Notes: a model not told the origin generated them from the letters alone. 64,000 bases of DNA from Geobacteraceae bacterium (GCA_013377075.1 JACABD010000008.1:9119-73118); one strand, 5' to 3'. Shown: positions 19,898 to 28,904, counted from the stretch's first letter. Numbers and translations are program-made.

Positions 19898-20170
19898 ATG
19901 AGAAAAACCGTTTTTATTCTGTTAGCCATAATTTATTCAGCTGGAACAGCCCTGGCTGCCGACATTATTGAGCTCCCTGCATCCATGGGTAAGGTCAGTT
20001 TCCCCCACAAAATGCATCAGCAGATGCTGAAGGATTGCAAAAAATGCCACGAAAAAGCTCCCGGCAAGATTGCCGACCTAGGTAAAGATTGGGCCCACAA
20101 GACCTGCAAGGGGTGTCACACCGAGATGAAGAAGGGGCCAACAGGTTGCAAGGATTGCCACAAAAAATAG
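19898..20170 (+). CDS. Periplasmic trihaem cytochrome c7 (PpcA family)
   Basis: The mature sequence ADIIELPASMGKVSFPHKMHQQMLKDCKKCHEKAPGKIADLGKDWAHKTCKGCHTEMKKGPTGCKDCHKK aligns by eye with Geobacter PpcA. It has three CXXCH sites. AAGGAG lies upstream of ATG 19898. Confidence 0.9.
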   Translation: MRKTVFILLAIIYSAGTALAADIIELPASMGKVSFPHKMHQQMLKDCKKCHEKAPGKIADLGKDWAHKTCKGCHTEMKKGPTGCKDCHKK

Positions 20171-20179
20171 GAGATACCC

Positions 20180-20620
20180 ATGGATTGCATGTCGCTAACC
20201 TCGCTGAGCGAGAAGATTGTACAGGAAAACAGTGATGCCATAGTGTTTTCGGATAAAGAAGGGGTAATTCGCCTCTGGAATAGGGGGGCGGAGGCTATGT
20301 TTGGCTATAGTGCTTTAGAGGCCACTGGCCAGAGCCTGGATCTGTTCATCCCGGAAAACCTGCGCGAGCGACACTGGGAAGGGTATCACAAAGTCATGGC
20401 GAGCGGTGTGACCCGCTACGGCTCAGAGCTCCTGGCTGCGCCCGGCATCTGCAAGGATGGCACAAGACTCTCCCTTGAGTTCAGCATGGTGATTGTCCGC
20501 GGCGAAGATGGCGCTGTTCTTGGAACCGGTGCAATCATTCGAGATATTACCGCCCGGTTCAAGAAGGAGAAGGAGATGAAAGCTAGACTCAAGGAGCTTG
20601 AGGAGAAGTTAGCCGGTTGA
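20180..20620 (+). CDS. Stand-alone PAS-domain protein
   Basis: PAS S-box-like DAIVFSDKEGVIRLWNRGAEAMFGYSALEATGQSL...GAIIRDITARFK. No output domain. AGGAGA lies 5 nt upstream of the ATG. Confidence 0.75.
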   Translation: MDCMSLTSLSEKIVQENSDAIVFSDKEGVIRLWNRGAEAMFGYSALEATGQSLDLFIPENLRERHWEGYHKVMASGVTRYGSELLAAPGICKDGTRLSLEFSMVIVRGEDGAVLGTGAIIRDITARFKKEKEMKARLKELEEKLAG

Positions 20621-20645
20621 TAAATATGGATGAATGTTTTAGGCA

Positions 20646-20685
20646 ATAGAAAGGCAGCTTCGAGAGAGGCTGCCTTTCTATTTTG
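20646..20685. terminator. Bidirectional hairpin terminator between convergent genes
   Basis: 13-bp stem ATAGAAAGGCAGC (20646-20658) / GCTGCCTTTCTAT (20669-20681), followed by TTTGG on the + strand. Confidence 0.7.
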
Positions 20686-20791
20686 GGCCTTTGTATGGCG
20701 GCTTCGGACTTAACCTGCATCAGGTAGTTTGTGCAGTAATGGGATGAGTCCTGGTTTGCCTTTCTGGAAAAAATGAATTTGTTGTTGCCGA

Positions 20792-21718
20792 TTAGCCCCA
20801 TCGCCAGAGAGCAAGGATCAGAATGATGATAAGGACAATTGTAAGGTTCATGTATGCCATGAAGTAAAAGACCCTCTCATGCGTCGCCATTTTTTGTGGT
20901 CCATCGACGATGAGTAGTCCGACCTCTCTCATTGCGGACACTTTGTCCGGGCCATGGGGAGCCTGTTTCAGTGCGTCTGTCAGGTCGATACCGGCGTTGT
21001 GTCTGCCCATATGTACACCCTGTTTCCAGAGGTTGCTTTGGGTTGCGTCGTATACTTTTCCTTCAAAAGAAAAATATGCTGGGCGCCCTTCTTTTCCGTC
21101 ACACCCTGCCAGTTCCTCCGGTGTTAAATCGTCTGTTGTTGTCAGCTTTAGCGCCCCCTTCCGTTTCGCCTTAAGACGCGGGCCGATCATGGTGATGACG
21201 ATTACGGCCGATATTACCATGATCAGATAGAGGGAAACCTTTATGATCAGGAGGATACCAAAGTGACTGTGAATCAGGGTGTCGACAGAGTTAATCCGAA
21301 AGATGGCAAGGACTGCGCCTGTGACCCCCATGATGATCATTGAGGCGATGCCCACCCTCAGTTCGCCTCGCGGCAGGCCACTGGCAGCATATGCCGGTTT
21401 GAGGACCAGGTGCACATAGAGGATTGTTCCGAACCAGAAAATGGCGGTCAGAAAATGGATGTAACCGACCAGAAGTCGGAGCAGTTTGGCAACATTAACG
21501 GTTTTGTGACTTTCTGTCACGGAGGGACCGGAAGCGGTAAATGTCTTGCCGACCGCCGTCAGTTCGCCACCACCAGCCGGGTCAAGATGGCAGGTAGCGC
21601 ATGTCTGTCCGGTCTGCTTGGCATACTCCTCTGTAGCACGGGCATATTGTGACGAACTGAGTATGAATGTCATGAAAAGAAATATGCCGACGAAAAGTGC
21701 TGAAATGTGCTTTTGCAT
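20792..21718 (-). CDS. Fusion protein: monohaem cytochrome c + CopD-like TM domain + cytochrome b5-like haem/steroid-binding domain
   Basis: Signal peptide then CATCH. TM helices include IHFLTAIFWFGTILYVHLVL (CopD-like). b5-like segment LTPEELAGCDGKEGRPAYFSFEGKVYDATQSNLWKQGVHMGRHNAGIDLTDALKQAPHG. Final TM segment. GGAAGGA lies upstream of the ATG. Confidence 0.7.
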   Translation of the reverse strand: MQKHISALFVGIFLFMTFILSSSQYARATEEYAKQTGQTCATCHLDPAGGGELTAVGKTFTASGPSVTESHKTVNVAKLLRLLVGYIHFLTAIFWFGTILYVHLVLKPAYAASGLPRGELRVGIASMIIMGVTGAVLAIFRINSVDTLIHSHFGILLIIKVSLYLIMVISAVIVITMIGPRLKAKRKGALKLTTTDDLTPEELAGCDGKEGRPAYFSFEGKVYDATQSNLWKQGVHMGRHNAGIDLTDALKQAPHGPDKVSAMREVGLLIVDGPQKMATHERVFYFMAYMNLTIVLIIILILALWRWG

Positions 21719-22121
21719 TGGTTCCTTCCGTGTTGCCTTTTAAGTAGTGAGTAACGCAATGTTTTACAGCTGTTTTTGCTTTGCAAGCAGTAGAGAACAA
21801 GATCATCGCAGCTCTCAAGAACAAGATATTGTTCTCCAGGTGGACATGCTTGTGGAGATCGTTCTCAAACTCTTCAAGTTTTTTATATGTAAGGATGAAA
21901 GTATTGCAGGCACCGTCAGAAATGGCGTATCCATTTGCGAGATGACGAATTTCGTGGATTGCGTCGCCAATCTCTTCATGTTCGCGATGGAGTCTGAGAA
22001 GGGAGGCGCTGATTGTTTCCCGATCCTTGTCATTCAGCGCAGTGCCTGATGTTGTGGACGCATCGACTCTTTTGATAGCCTGGAACAATACCTCTTCTTC
22101 CCCCTTTAGATGTCCAACCAT
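21582..22121 (-). pseudogene. Truncated or degraded RIC (YtfE/ScdA-type di-iron Fe-S repair) gene, C-terminal half only
   Basis: GHLKGEEEVLF...HREHEEIGDAIHEI...ACNTF...DLHKHVHLENNILF matches the second half of YtfE-type hemerythrin domains. The ScdA_N half is missing. No SD precedes ATG 22121, whereas a strong SD+ATG at 22164 is one frame off. The tail runs 137 nt into the next gene. Confidence 0.5.
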
Positions 22122-22418
22122 GTTGGTTGCGATTTTTTCGAAGATAGCTCAGGCTGCAATCCATAAAAATTACCCCCTCCCAGCCTCCCCCTTGAAGTGG
22201 GAGGAGCAATAAAAGCAAAAAAACTAACGGAAACAACGCTTACTATTTCGGTTTTTATACCATATTTTGTCTTTTGGTGGGGCGATAATACTGGCTTTAA
22301 GAGTACACGTAATAAATAACCATTGTGAGTTTATCTCAGTTTATAAACTGCCTGCTTCAAGCAGCATCCATCTTTCCAACACTAAAAATGGACCGCTTGT
22401 GTGGTTTTTTTGTGAAAT

Positions 22419-22432
22419 TTGATTTGGGTCAA
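22419..22432. promoter_or_regulatory. FNR/DNR-type palindrome TTGAT-N4-GTCAA in the divergent promoter region
   Basis: TTGATTTGGGTCAA sits within the extended symmetry AATTTGATTTGGGTCAAATT, 165 nt upstream of the nitrite reductase ATG. A TAAAAG -10-like hexamer lies at 22454-22459. Confidence 0.45.
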
Positions 22433-22596
22433 ATTAATCGAGTTTAACAGGTGGTAAAAGAGTGAAACCATTCTCATCGTGTTTGTTGCATGAATGCAGA
22501 TCTCTGCTATTTTTAATCAGCAGTGAAATCATCTCAAAGTAAATTTTATCTCAAATATCCGCGCAGTAGAATCATTAACCGTGAAAGGAGAAAAGC

Positions 22597-24201
22597 ATGA
22601 AAAAAAGTATGTTAACAGCGCTTGTGGTCGGTTGCACAGCTGTGGCTCTCGGTGTTCCGGCGGCACTGACAGCTGCAAAGGCTAAACCGGCAGCAAAAGT
22701 GATCAATGACGGTAGGGCGAAGTGCTATGAGTGTCACGAAGAAGTAAAGGCGATGAAGGAGGGGTCAAAGCATGCCAAACTGGCCTGTACGGTCTGTCAT
22801 GACAAGTTAGCTGCCCACATGGATGATCCGGAGAAGAACAAGCCTGTGACCATTATCGATCAGGCTCTCTGCGGTAAGTGCCACAAAAATCAGTATGAGA
22901 GCTTTTACAAGGTTTCAACCGAAGGTGGCGCAAGGAAGGAGAAAGGTAACCCGACCGGTCGTTCTCCGATGCAGGACAAACTTCTTGCCGGACACGGCTT
23001 CACTTTTGAGCATAACGAGCCACGCGGACATGCTTTTATGGTAACCGACCAGTTCGTTGTCGACCGCTTCCAGGGTGGACGTTATCAGTATAAGGATAGG
23101 TGGAAGGGTGTGAATAGCACCGGCAAGACCTGGGATGTCCTTGTTGACAAGGGTGTGGATACAAAGATTCCTGAAAGCGCCATGGCTGGCAATGCAACCT
23201 GCATCCAGTGCAAGACCTCTGACCATATCCTTAAATGGAAATTCATGGGAGACAAGGATCCGAAGGCGAAGTTTGACCGGACAACCAATGTGAACGAGAT
23301 TGCCAAAGAGACCAATAATCCGGTTGGCTGCATTCACTGTCATGACCCGCATGGCACCCAGCCTCGTATTGTCCGTGACGCCCTTATTCAGGCTGTTGAG
23401 CGCGACAGAGCTAATAATATATTTGCTAAAAATGGCAAGACTGATCTGAAGGTTCAGGACTTCAGGGGCTTCAGGAAGATCGGTGTGATGGAAAAAGTTG
23501 ATTCTCGCATGATGTGTGCCCAGTGCCATGTGGAGTACGCTTGCAATGAGGGTAGTCAGTGGACTGATACAAACAAAGTCAAATATGCTGATCAGCGTAC
23601 CAACCATATGCCTCTAAAAAATGGTAAGGATCTGCTGGCACATTACAAAAGGCTTGATTTCTACGACTTCAAGCATGCCGTTACTGGTGCCCGTTTGATA
23701 AAAATGCAGCACCCTGAGGCCGAGGCCTTTGCCGGAAGTGTTCATGATAAGGCCGGTGTGCAGTGTCACCAGTGTCATATGCCGAAGATGAAGGGCAAGG
23801 ACGGCAAGATGTTCTCTGCGCACAACGTCTCAAGACCAATCAACAGTGTCAAGGAGTCCTGCCTCGGCTGTCACCCGAAAGACAGCGCAGATGCCAAGAA
23901 GTACGAGATTGAGACCATCAGGAACTACATAAAAGGGAAGATGCGCAAGTCCGAGTACTGGATCGGCAAGCTGATTGACACCTATGCAGTTGCGAAGCGT
24001 GCCGGAGTGCCGGAAGAGACCCTTGCCAAGGCACGGGAGAAGCATGAAGAAGCCCATGTTCTCTGGGAGTTCTGGACAGCCGAGAATTCAGATGGTTTCC
24101 ACAATCCTGATCTTGCCCGCGAAACTTTGACCGGTGCCATCAAGGCAGGTAAAGACGGCGTGAAGATTCTCGAAGATGCCATGGCAGCACCGAAAAACTG
24201 A
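22597..24201 (+). CDS. Octahaem cytochrome c nitrite reductase (NrfA-related, TvNiR/ONR-like)
   Basis: Signal peptide, then 7 CXXCH plus one CXXCK. Order is CYECH, CTVCH, CGKCH, CIQCK, CIHCH, CAQCH, CHQCH, CLGCH. CXXCK as the fourth motif is the Lys-ligated catalytic haem signature of NrfA/ONR enzymes. Confidence 0.8.
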   Translation: MKKSMLTALVVGCTAVALGVPAALTAAKAKPAAKVINDGRAKCYECHEEVKAMKEGSKHAKLACTVCHDKLAAHMDDPEKNKPVTIIDQALCGKCHKNQYESFYKVSTEGGARKEKGNPTGRSPMQDKLLAGHGFTFEHNEPRGHAFMVTDQFVVDRFQGGRYQYKDRWKGVNSTGKTWDVLVDKGVDTKIPESAMAGNATCIQCKTSDHILKWKFMGDKDPKAKFDRTTNVNEIAKETNNPVGCIHCHDPHGTQPRIVRDALIQAVERDRANNIFAKNGKTDLKVQDFRGFRKIGVMEKVDSRMMCAQCHVEYACNEGSQWTDTNKVKYADQRTNHMPLKNGKDLLAHYKRLDFYDFKHAVTGARLIKMQHPEAEAFAGSVHDKAGVQCHQCHMPKMKGKDGKMFSAHNVSRPINSVKESCLGCHPKDSADAKKYEIETIRNYIKGKMRKSEYWIGKLIDTYAVAKRAGVPEETLAKAREKHEEAHVLWEFWTAENSDGFHNPDLARETLTGAIKAGKDGVKILEDAMAAPKN

Positions 24202-24221
24202 TTGTAGCCAGTTTTGACACA

Positions 24222-24262
24222 GGAAACCCCGCTCAATAAACAGGGCGGGGTTTCTCATTTTC
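24222..24262 (+). terminator. Rho-independent terminator after the nitrite reductase
   Basis: Stem GAAACCCCGC (24223-24232) / GCGGGGTTTC (24245-24254), then TCATTTTC. Confidence 0.8.
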
Positions 24263-24286
24263 AGATATAACCATACAAGGTCCGAT

Positions 24287-24979
24287 ATGAATCTCTTGTT
24301 AAGAAAAAACGCCTATCTCGCCGTACTTTTTTTTCTGATTACACCAATTTATGCATATGCAACGCCAGCAATTACCTGCCACTGTTTCAAGGACCGCTCC
24401 TTTGATCCGGCACACCCTGCAATGGCTGACCCATATTTTCTCGCAACTACGCAGAACTCCTTTTTCGCAATCGTTTTCAATACCGACAAGATGTCAATTG
24501 TCATGAAAAAGCAGCAAGGAACTTCACCAGATGATCTCTGGATTGCCTATTGGCTTGGGTTTGTGTCGGGACGTCCAGCGGAGAGCCTGCTTAAGACAAA
24601 GTCAAAAGGTGATTCATGGAAAGATATTGTGGCAACGCTTCGACTTAATCCAGCAATTGCCGGGAGTAAATTCATAAGTTCACTGAATCTGAATGCTCCG
24701 GCTGTCAAGTTGTCTGAGGCGGTGGTTGACGAAATATTTATGAAGTACAGACTGATGAACAGTGCGGAGTTGACGGCACTGCGACAGTCAGGTGCGTCCA
24801 GTCAGGAGCTGATTATCTCCACCGTGATTGCTGCCAGATTAAAACTACCGGCTCTCTCCATATTTAGTGAAGTGAAAAAAGGGGGTAAAACCTGGGGGAG
24901 TTTTCTTCAGTCTGCAAGGATTGATACAAAAAACATGCAGCAGGAGATTTCATCAATTCTCAAATTGCAGCCGTTGTAA
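24287..24979 (+). CDS. Secreted protein of unknown function
   Basis: Signal peptide ...FFLITPIYAYA/TP followed by a CHC motif. I recognise no family. Confidence 0.5.
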   Translation: MNLLLRKNAYLAVLFFLITPIYAYATPAITCHCFKDRSFDPAHPAMADPYFLATTQNSFFAIVFNTDKMSIVMKKQQGTSPDDLWIAYWLGFVSGRPAESLLKTKSKGDSWKDIVATLRLNPAIAGSKFISSLNLNAPAVKLSEAVVDEIFMKYRLMNSAELTALRQSGASSQELIISTVIAARLKLPALSIFSEVKKGGKTWGSFLQSARIDTKNMQQEISSILKLQPL

Positions 24980-25062
24980 ACCAATCCGGTGAAAGGTGGA
25001 AAGATGCTTGAGTTGAGAGAGGGTAACGGCGCAAGACGGCTGATCTTCGAGAACACGATTCC

Positions 25063-25800
25063 CTAATAGTGTTTTTCCAGAAGTTTGCTTGCTTCGTATA
25101 TATATTTGCTTTCCGGAAAGTCCGTTGAAAGCTTGTTAAAAGCGGTTCTTGCCTTGTCCGGAGAGCCGCTTTTTATTCGGCATGCTCCAAGAAGATACCA
25201 TGTTTCGTCATGAAGTGTGCTTTTGGGGAAGGTTATAAGGGCGTCTTCAAGGCGTTTTATGGCTGAATCGTATTTTTCAGTGCGATAATAAAAGCGTGCA
25301 ATATACTGCTCATACTGAAGCTGCTGATGGCGTACTTCTTCGAGCTTTACTGTAACATCGACAAAATATTCGGACTTTGGATATTTGCTTAGAAACTCTT
25401 CGAAGAAGATAACTGAATTTTTCTGTGGGGTCTGATCTCTGTCCAAGCCGGTTATCTGGTTATAGTTAGACAGCCCCAGTCTGTAGAGAGAGTAAGGGGC
25501 TTGTGCATGTGTCGGATGGAGCTTGCGAAACTGTGTGTACTCTGAAGATGCCTCAATGTAGCGCTCTGATTCAAAATATGCGTCTGCAATTCTTAGCTCT
25601 GCGGAGCTAGAGAGTTCTGTAGAGGCATATGCATCATGTACCTTTCTGTACTGAGCTATGGCGTCGTCATAACGCTTAGAGGCGTAGAAGGCCTCTCCAT
25701 CCTTGTAGATTGCTGCCGGCTGTGTCTCAATCGGAACTGAGGCACAGCCGGTCAGTCCTGCAAGCAGTAAAGCGATTATGATTTTAATTGAATCAGGCAT
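25063..25800 (-). CDS. bamD: Outer membrane protein assembly lipoprotein BamD (TPR)
   Basis: Lipobox LLAGLTGC and TPR-like repeats (YASKRYDDAIAQY, YFESERYIEA, FYYRTEKYDSAIKR). Size is 245 aa. Confidence 0.7.
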   Translation of the reverse strand: MPDSIKIIIALLLAGLTGCASVPIETQPAAIYKDGEAFYASKRYDDAIAQYRKVHDAYASTELSSSAELRIADAYFESERYIEASSEYTQFRKLHPTHAQAPYSLYRLGLSNYNQITGLDRDQTPQKNSVIFFEEFLSKYPKSEYFVDVTVKLEEVRHQQLQYEQYIARFYYRTEKYDSAIKRLEDALITFPKSTLHDETWYLLGACRIKSGSPDKARTAFNKLSTDFPESKYIYEASKLLEKHY

Positions 25801-25865
25801 TTTTAAGTCCTGGATAAGTTTTTGGACAACTTAGTAAAAACTTCCCCGAATGTCAAGCAGATGCG

Positions 25866-27662
25866 CTACTTCCTCTTTCTTCTGTTTGGATCAAGTTCTT
25901 TCTTTCTAAGTCTGATTGACTTAGGTGTAACTTCAACAAGTTCGTCATCATCGATAAACTCAAGTGCCTGCTCAAGGGTCAGAACCTTTGGTGGTGCGAG
26001 CTTTACCGCATCGTCAGTGCCTGATGCACGGACGTTGGTAAGCTTTTTGCCCTTGCATGGGTTAACGTCAAGATCATTGTCCTTTGCGTGCTGGCCAATG
26101 ATCATACCGCCATAAACTTCAACTCCTGGCGGGAGAAAGAGAATGCCGCGGGGCTGAAGAGCATCAAGGGCATAGCCGGTGGTTTCGCCATGCTCCATGG
26201 CAATCAGCACGCCGTTCTTTCTGCCGGGGATATCTCCGCGGAAAGGAGCGTATTCATGGAAAGTGTGGGTCATGACGGCTGTGCCACGGGTGTCGGTAAG
26301 GACTTCGCTGCGGAGGCCGATAAGGCCGCGGGCAGGGATGATGAATTCAAGGCGGATAAACTCGCCCATTGGCTGCATCGAGGTCATATCCCCTTTGCGT
26401 GGGCCCATCTTCTCGATGATGACACCCTGATACTCTGACGGTACATCAACCACCAGAGACTCCATCGGCTCCATCTTCTTGCCGTTAACCTCACGGAAAA
26501 TGACCTCCGGCTTGGAAACAGCCATTTCAAACCCTTCACGACGCATGTTCTCTATAAGAATGGAGAGGTGCAGCTCGCCTCTTCCGGAAACCTTAAATGT
26601 ATCGCCGGCATCAGTATCTGCCACCCTGAGCGATACATTGGTGCGCAACTCCTTGTCAAGTCGCTCGCGGATGTTCCTGGAGGTGACGAGTTTTCCTTCA
26701 CGTCCGGCAAAAGGGGAGGAGTTGACAATGAAGTTCATGGAGATTGTCGGTTCGTCAATTGCCACATAAGGGAGCGCAACCGGGTTTTCAGCGCTGGCAA
26801 GAGTTTCGCCGATGCCGACAGACTCAAAGCCGGCAATGGAAACGATGTCGCCGGTCATAGCTTCTTCAATTTCCACCTGTTTCAACCCTTCGTAGCCGAG
26901 GAGTTTCGATATTCTACCCTTGACCAGGCTGCCGTCGTGCTTGATTACTGTAAGAGATTCACCGGCTTTAACGCTACCACCGTAGATTTTGCCGGTGGCA
27001 ATTCTGCCGATGTAGTCGTTGTAGTCGATGTTGGTGACCAGTAGCTGGAACGGCGCTTTCGGGTCCCCCTTCGGAGGGTGGACATTACTTTCGATTACAG
27101 CAAAGAGTGGCTCAAGGGTGGTTGACTGGGAGTTCATGTCGATCTTGGCATATCCCTGCTTGGCACTGGTGTAGACAATTGGAAAGTCTAGCTGCTCGTC
27201 GGTGGCATTCAGCTCACAGAAAAGATCAAAGACCATGTTGACTACTTCTTCCGGACGGGCACCGGGACGGTCGATCTTGTTAATGACGACTATCGGCTTA
27301 AGCGCCAGGTCCAGTGATTTCTTAAGAACGAAGCGGGTCTGCGGCATCGGCCCGTCGAGTGCGTCTACCAGTAGAAGAACCGAATCGACCATGGTCAGAA
27401 CTCGCTCAACCTCTCCACCGAAGTCGGCGTGGCCGGGGGTGTCAACGATATTAATTTTGTATCTGCCGTGATGAACGGAAAGGTTCTTTGAGAGAATGGT
27501 GATGCCGCGCTCTTTTTCAAGGTCGTTGGAATCCATGACCCGCTCGGTAATGACTTCGTTCTCACGGAAAACTCCGGTTTGCTTCAGCATGGCGTCGACC
27601 AAAGTGGTTTTGCCGTGGTCAACGTGGGCGATAATGGCGATGTTACGTATTAGTGACTGCAT
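25866..27662 (-). CDS. typA: Translational GTPase TypA/BipA
   Basis: [38 protein letters not shown]. 598 aa. Confidence 0.93.
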   Translation of the reverse strand: MQSLIRNIAIIAHVDHGKTTLVDAMLKQTGVFRENEVITERVMDSNDLEKERGITILSKNLSVHHGRYKINIVDTPGHADFGGEVERVLTMVDSVLLLVDALDGPMPQTRFVLKKSLDLALKPIVVINKIDRPGARPEEVVNMVFDLFCELNATDEQLDFPIVYTSAKQGYAKIDMNSQSTTLEPLFAVIESNVHPPKGDPKAPFQLLVTNIDYNDYIGRIATGKIYGGSVKAGESLTVIKHDGSLVKGRISKLLGYEGLKQVEIEEAMTGDIVSIAGFESVGIGETLASAENPVALPYVAIDEPTISMNFIVNSSPFAGREGKLVTSRNIRERLDKELRTNVSLRVADTDAGDTFKVSGRGELHLSILIENMRREGFEMAVSKPEVIFREVNGKKMEPMESLVVDVPSEYQGVIIEKMGPRKGDMTSMQPMGEFIRLEFIIPARGLIGLRSEVLTDTRGTAVMTHTFHEYAPFRGDIPGRKNGVLIAMEHGETTGYALDALQPRGILFLPPGVEVYGGMIIGQHAKDNDLDVNPCKGKKLTNVRASGTDDAVKLAPPKVLTLEQALEFIDDDELVEVTPKSIRLRKKELDPNRRKRK

Positions 27663-27699
27663 GGTTTCTACTCCTAATGTGATTCCTTATCTGAAATCT

Positions 27700-27728
27700 G
27701 AAAAAATGAAAGACGGGCTGCCCCGTCT
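27700..27728 (-). terminator. Rho-independent terminator (minus strand) after the metallophosphoesterase gene
   Basis: Plus-strand AGACGGG (27711-27717) / CCCGTCT (27722-27728). The minus strand reads stem then TTCATTTTTTC. Confidence 0.7.
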
Positions 27729-27791
27729 TCAAAAAGCTTTTAAGTATGTCACTAAAGTGCTGATTATTCAAGTTAAATATATTTGTTCTGC

Positions 27792-28904
27792 TCATTTGTC
27801 CGGGTAAAGGTCAATCACCGTAACTTCCGGAGGAGCGAGAAAGCGTATCGGTGGCCCCCAGACCCCTGTACCACGGCTTACATAAAGGTGTGAGCCGCTT
27901 TGTATCTCGGTGAGGCCAGCCCTGACCGGGAAGCTGATCCATGTCAGGAGGTTGAATGGAAAAATCTGTCCTTTATGCACATGCCCTGAAAGTTGCAGGT
28001 CGAACTCCCCTTCAGAGCTTTTTTCGATAACCGGTCTATGTTTCAAGAGAAGTTTAAATTCCCCTTTCGGAACTGAATCAAGCAGTGTTTTCTCTGCCAA
28101 AACATTAGCGAGCCTTTCTGCTTTGTTTTTCGAGTCATCCATTCCAGTTATACAGATTCCGCCGCCTGATTCAAAATTCTCGTTTACAAGGAGCCTGAAT
28201 CCGGCATCCTTTATGAATTTTTCAGTTTCATTGATCCCCACATAATACTCATGGTTGCCAAGAATTGCATATTTGCCGAGTCTCGGTTTTAACTCCTGAA
28301 AAAGCAGTTCCAGCCCGGAAAAGTGTTTCTGGTGGCCATCAACAAGGTCTCCGGTGGATACAATCATGTCGGGTGCGGTGTGCCTGATTGCATCAACAAC
28401 GTCTTTCACTCTTTTTTCACGGACTATCTGACCTATGTGGAGATCTGATATCTGAACTATTCTTACTTTGCCTACGCTCTGCAAAATCTTGCTGCTTTTG
28501 ATGGTTACCCGCTCTAATCGTATGTTCGCGGCTTCATAATAGCCATAGAGCCCGACAATTATTGTGCATGCGACGGAGATTACGAGAAGTGTGCATGGCC
28601 TTACTCCGTAGACTGTTCGGGCTAGAGCCACGTTGTACAAGTCTATGGTCGCTGCAGCGGTTACAAAGAGGAAGAGGAGTCCCATCCATGTATATCCGGC
28701 TAAAGAGATAATCTCGGGAACTCTGTCAAATCCGGAAGATTCCAGTTTTCTGGCAATCAGAGGGGACAGGAAGAGAGCTGTCAGAAGCGATGCTGAAAGC
28801 AGGAGTTTCGAGCCTGAAAGCGGAAAAGCCCTTTTGATTTTTAGTAATAAATAAAGATGCGATCCGCCGTACGCAACGAAATAGAAGATCAGGAATCTGC
28901 TCAT
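27792..28904 (-). CDS. Membrane-anchored metallophosphoesterase
   Basis: Four N-terminal TM segments, then ISDLHIG, GDLVDG, GNHEY and GHVHKGQ. GGAGG lies 5 nt upstream of the internal ATG 28904. Confidence 0.8.
   Translation of the reverse strand: MSRFLIFYFVAYGGSHLYLLLKIKRAFPLSGSKLLLSASLLTALFLSPLIARKLESSGFDRVPEIISLAGYTWMGLLFLFVTAAATIDLYNVALARTVYGVRPCTLLVISVACTIIVGLYGYYEAANIRLERVTIKSSKILQSVGKVRIVQISDLHIGQIVREKRVKDVVDAIRHTAPDMIVSTGDLVDGHQKHFSGLELLFQELKPRLGKYAILGNHEYYVGINETEKFIKDAGFRLLVNENFESGGGICITGMDDSKNKAERLANVLAEKTLLDSVPKGEFKLLLKHRPVIEKSSEGEFDLQLSGHVHKGQIFPFNLLTWISFPVRAGLTEIQSGSHLYVSRGTGVWGPPIRFLAPPEVTVIDLYPDK

Noticed and set aside
22122-22164. In-frame TGA upstream of the RIC-like ORF as a selenocysteine or readthrough codon
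   Set aside because: A second stop (TAA) lies a few codons further upstream in the same frame, and no SECIS-like hairpin follows. A frameshift or decay is the simpler explanation.
25822-26115. 97-aa plus-strand ORF spanning the bamD-typA spacer
   Set aside because: Most of it is antisense to the well-supported typA 3' end. The Ser-rich translation looks non-genic.
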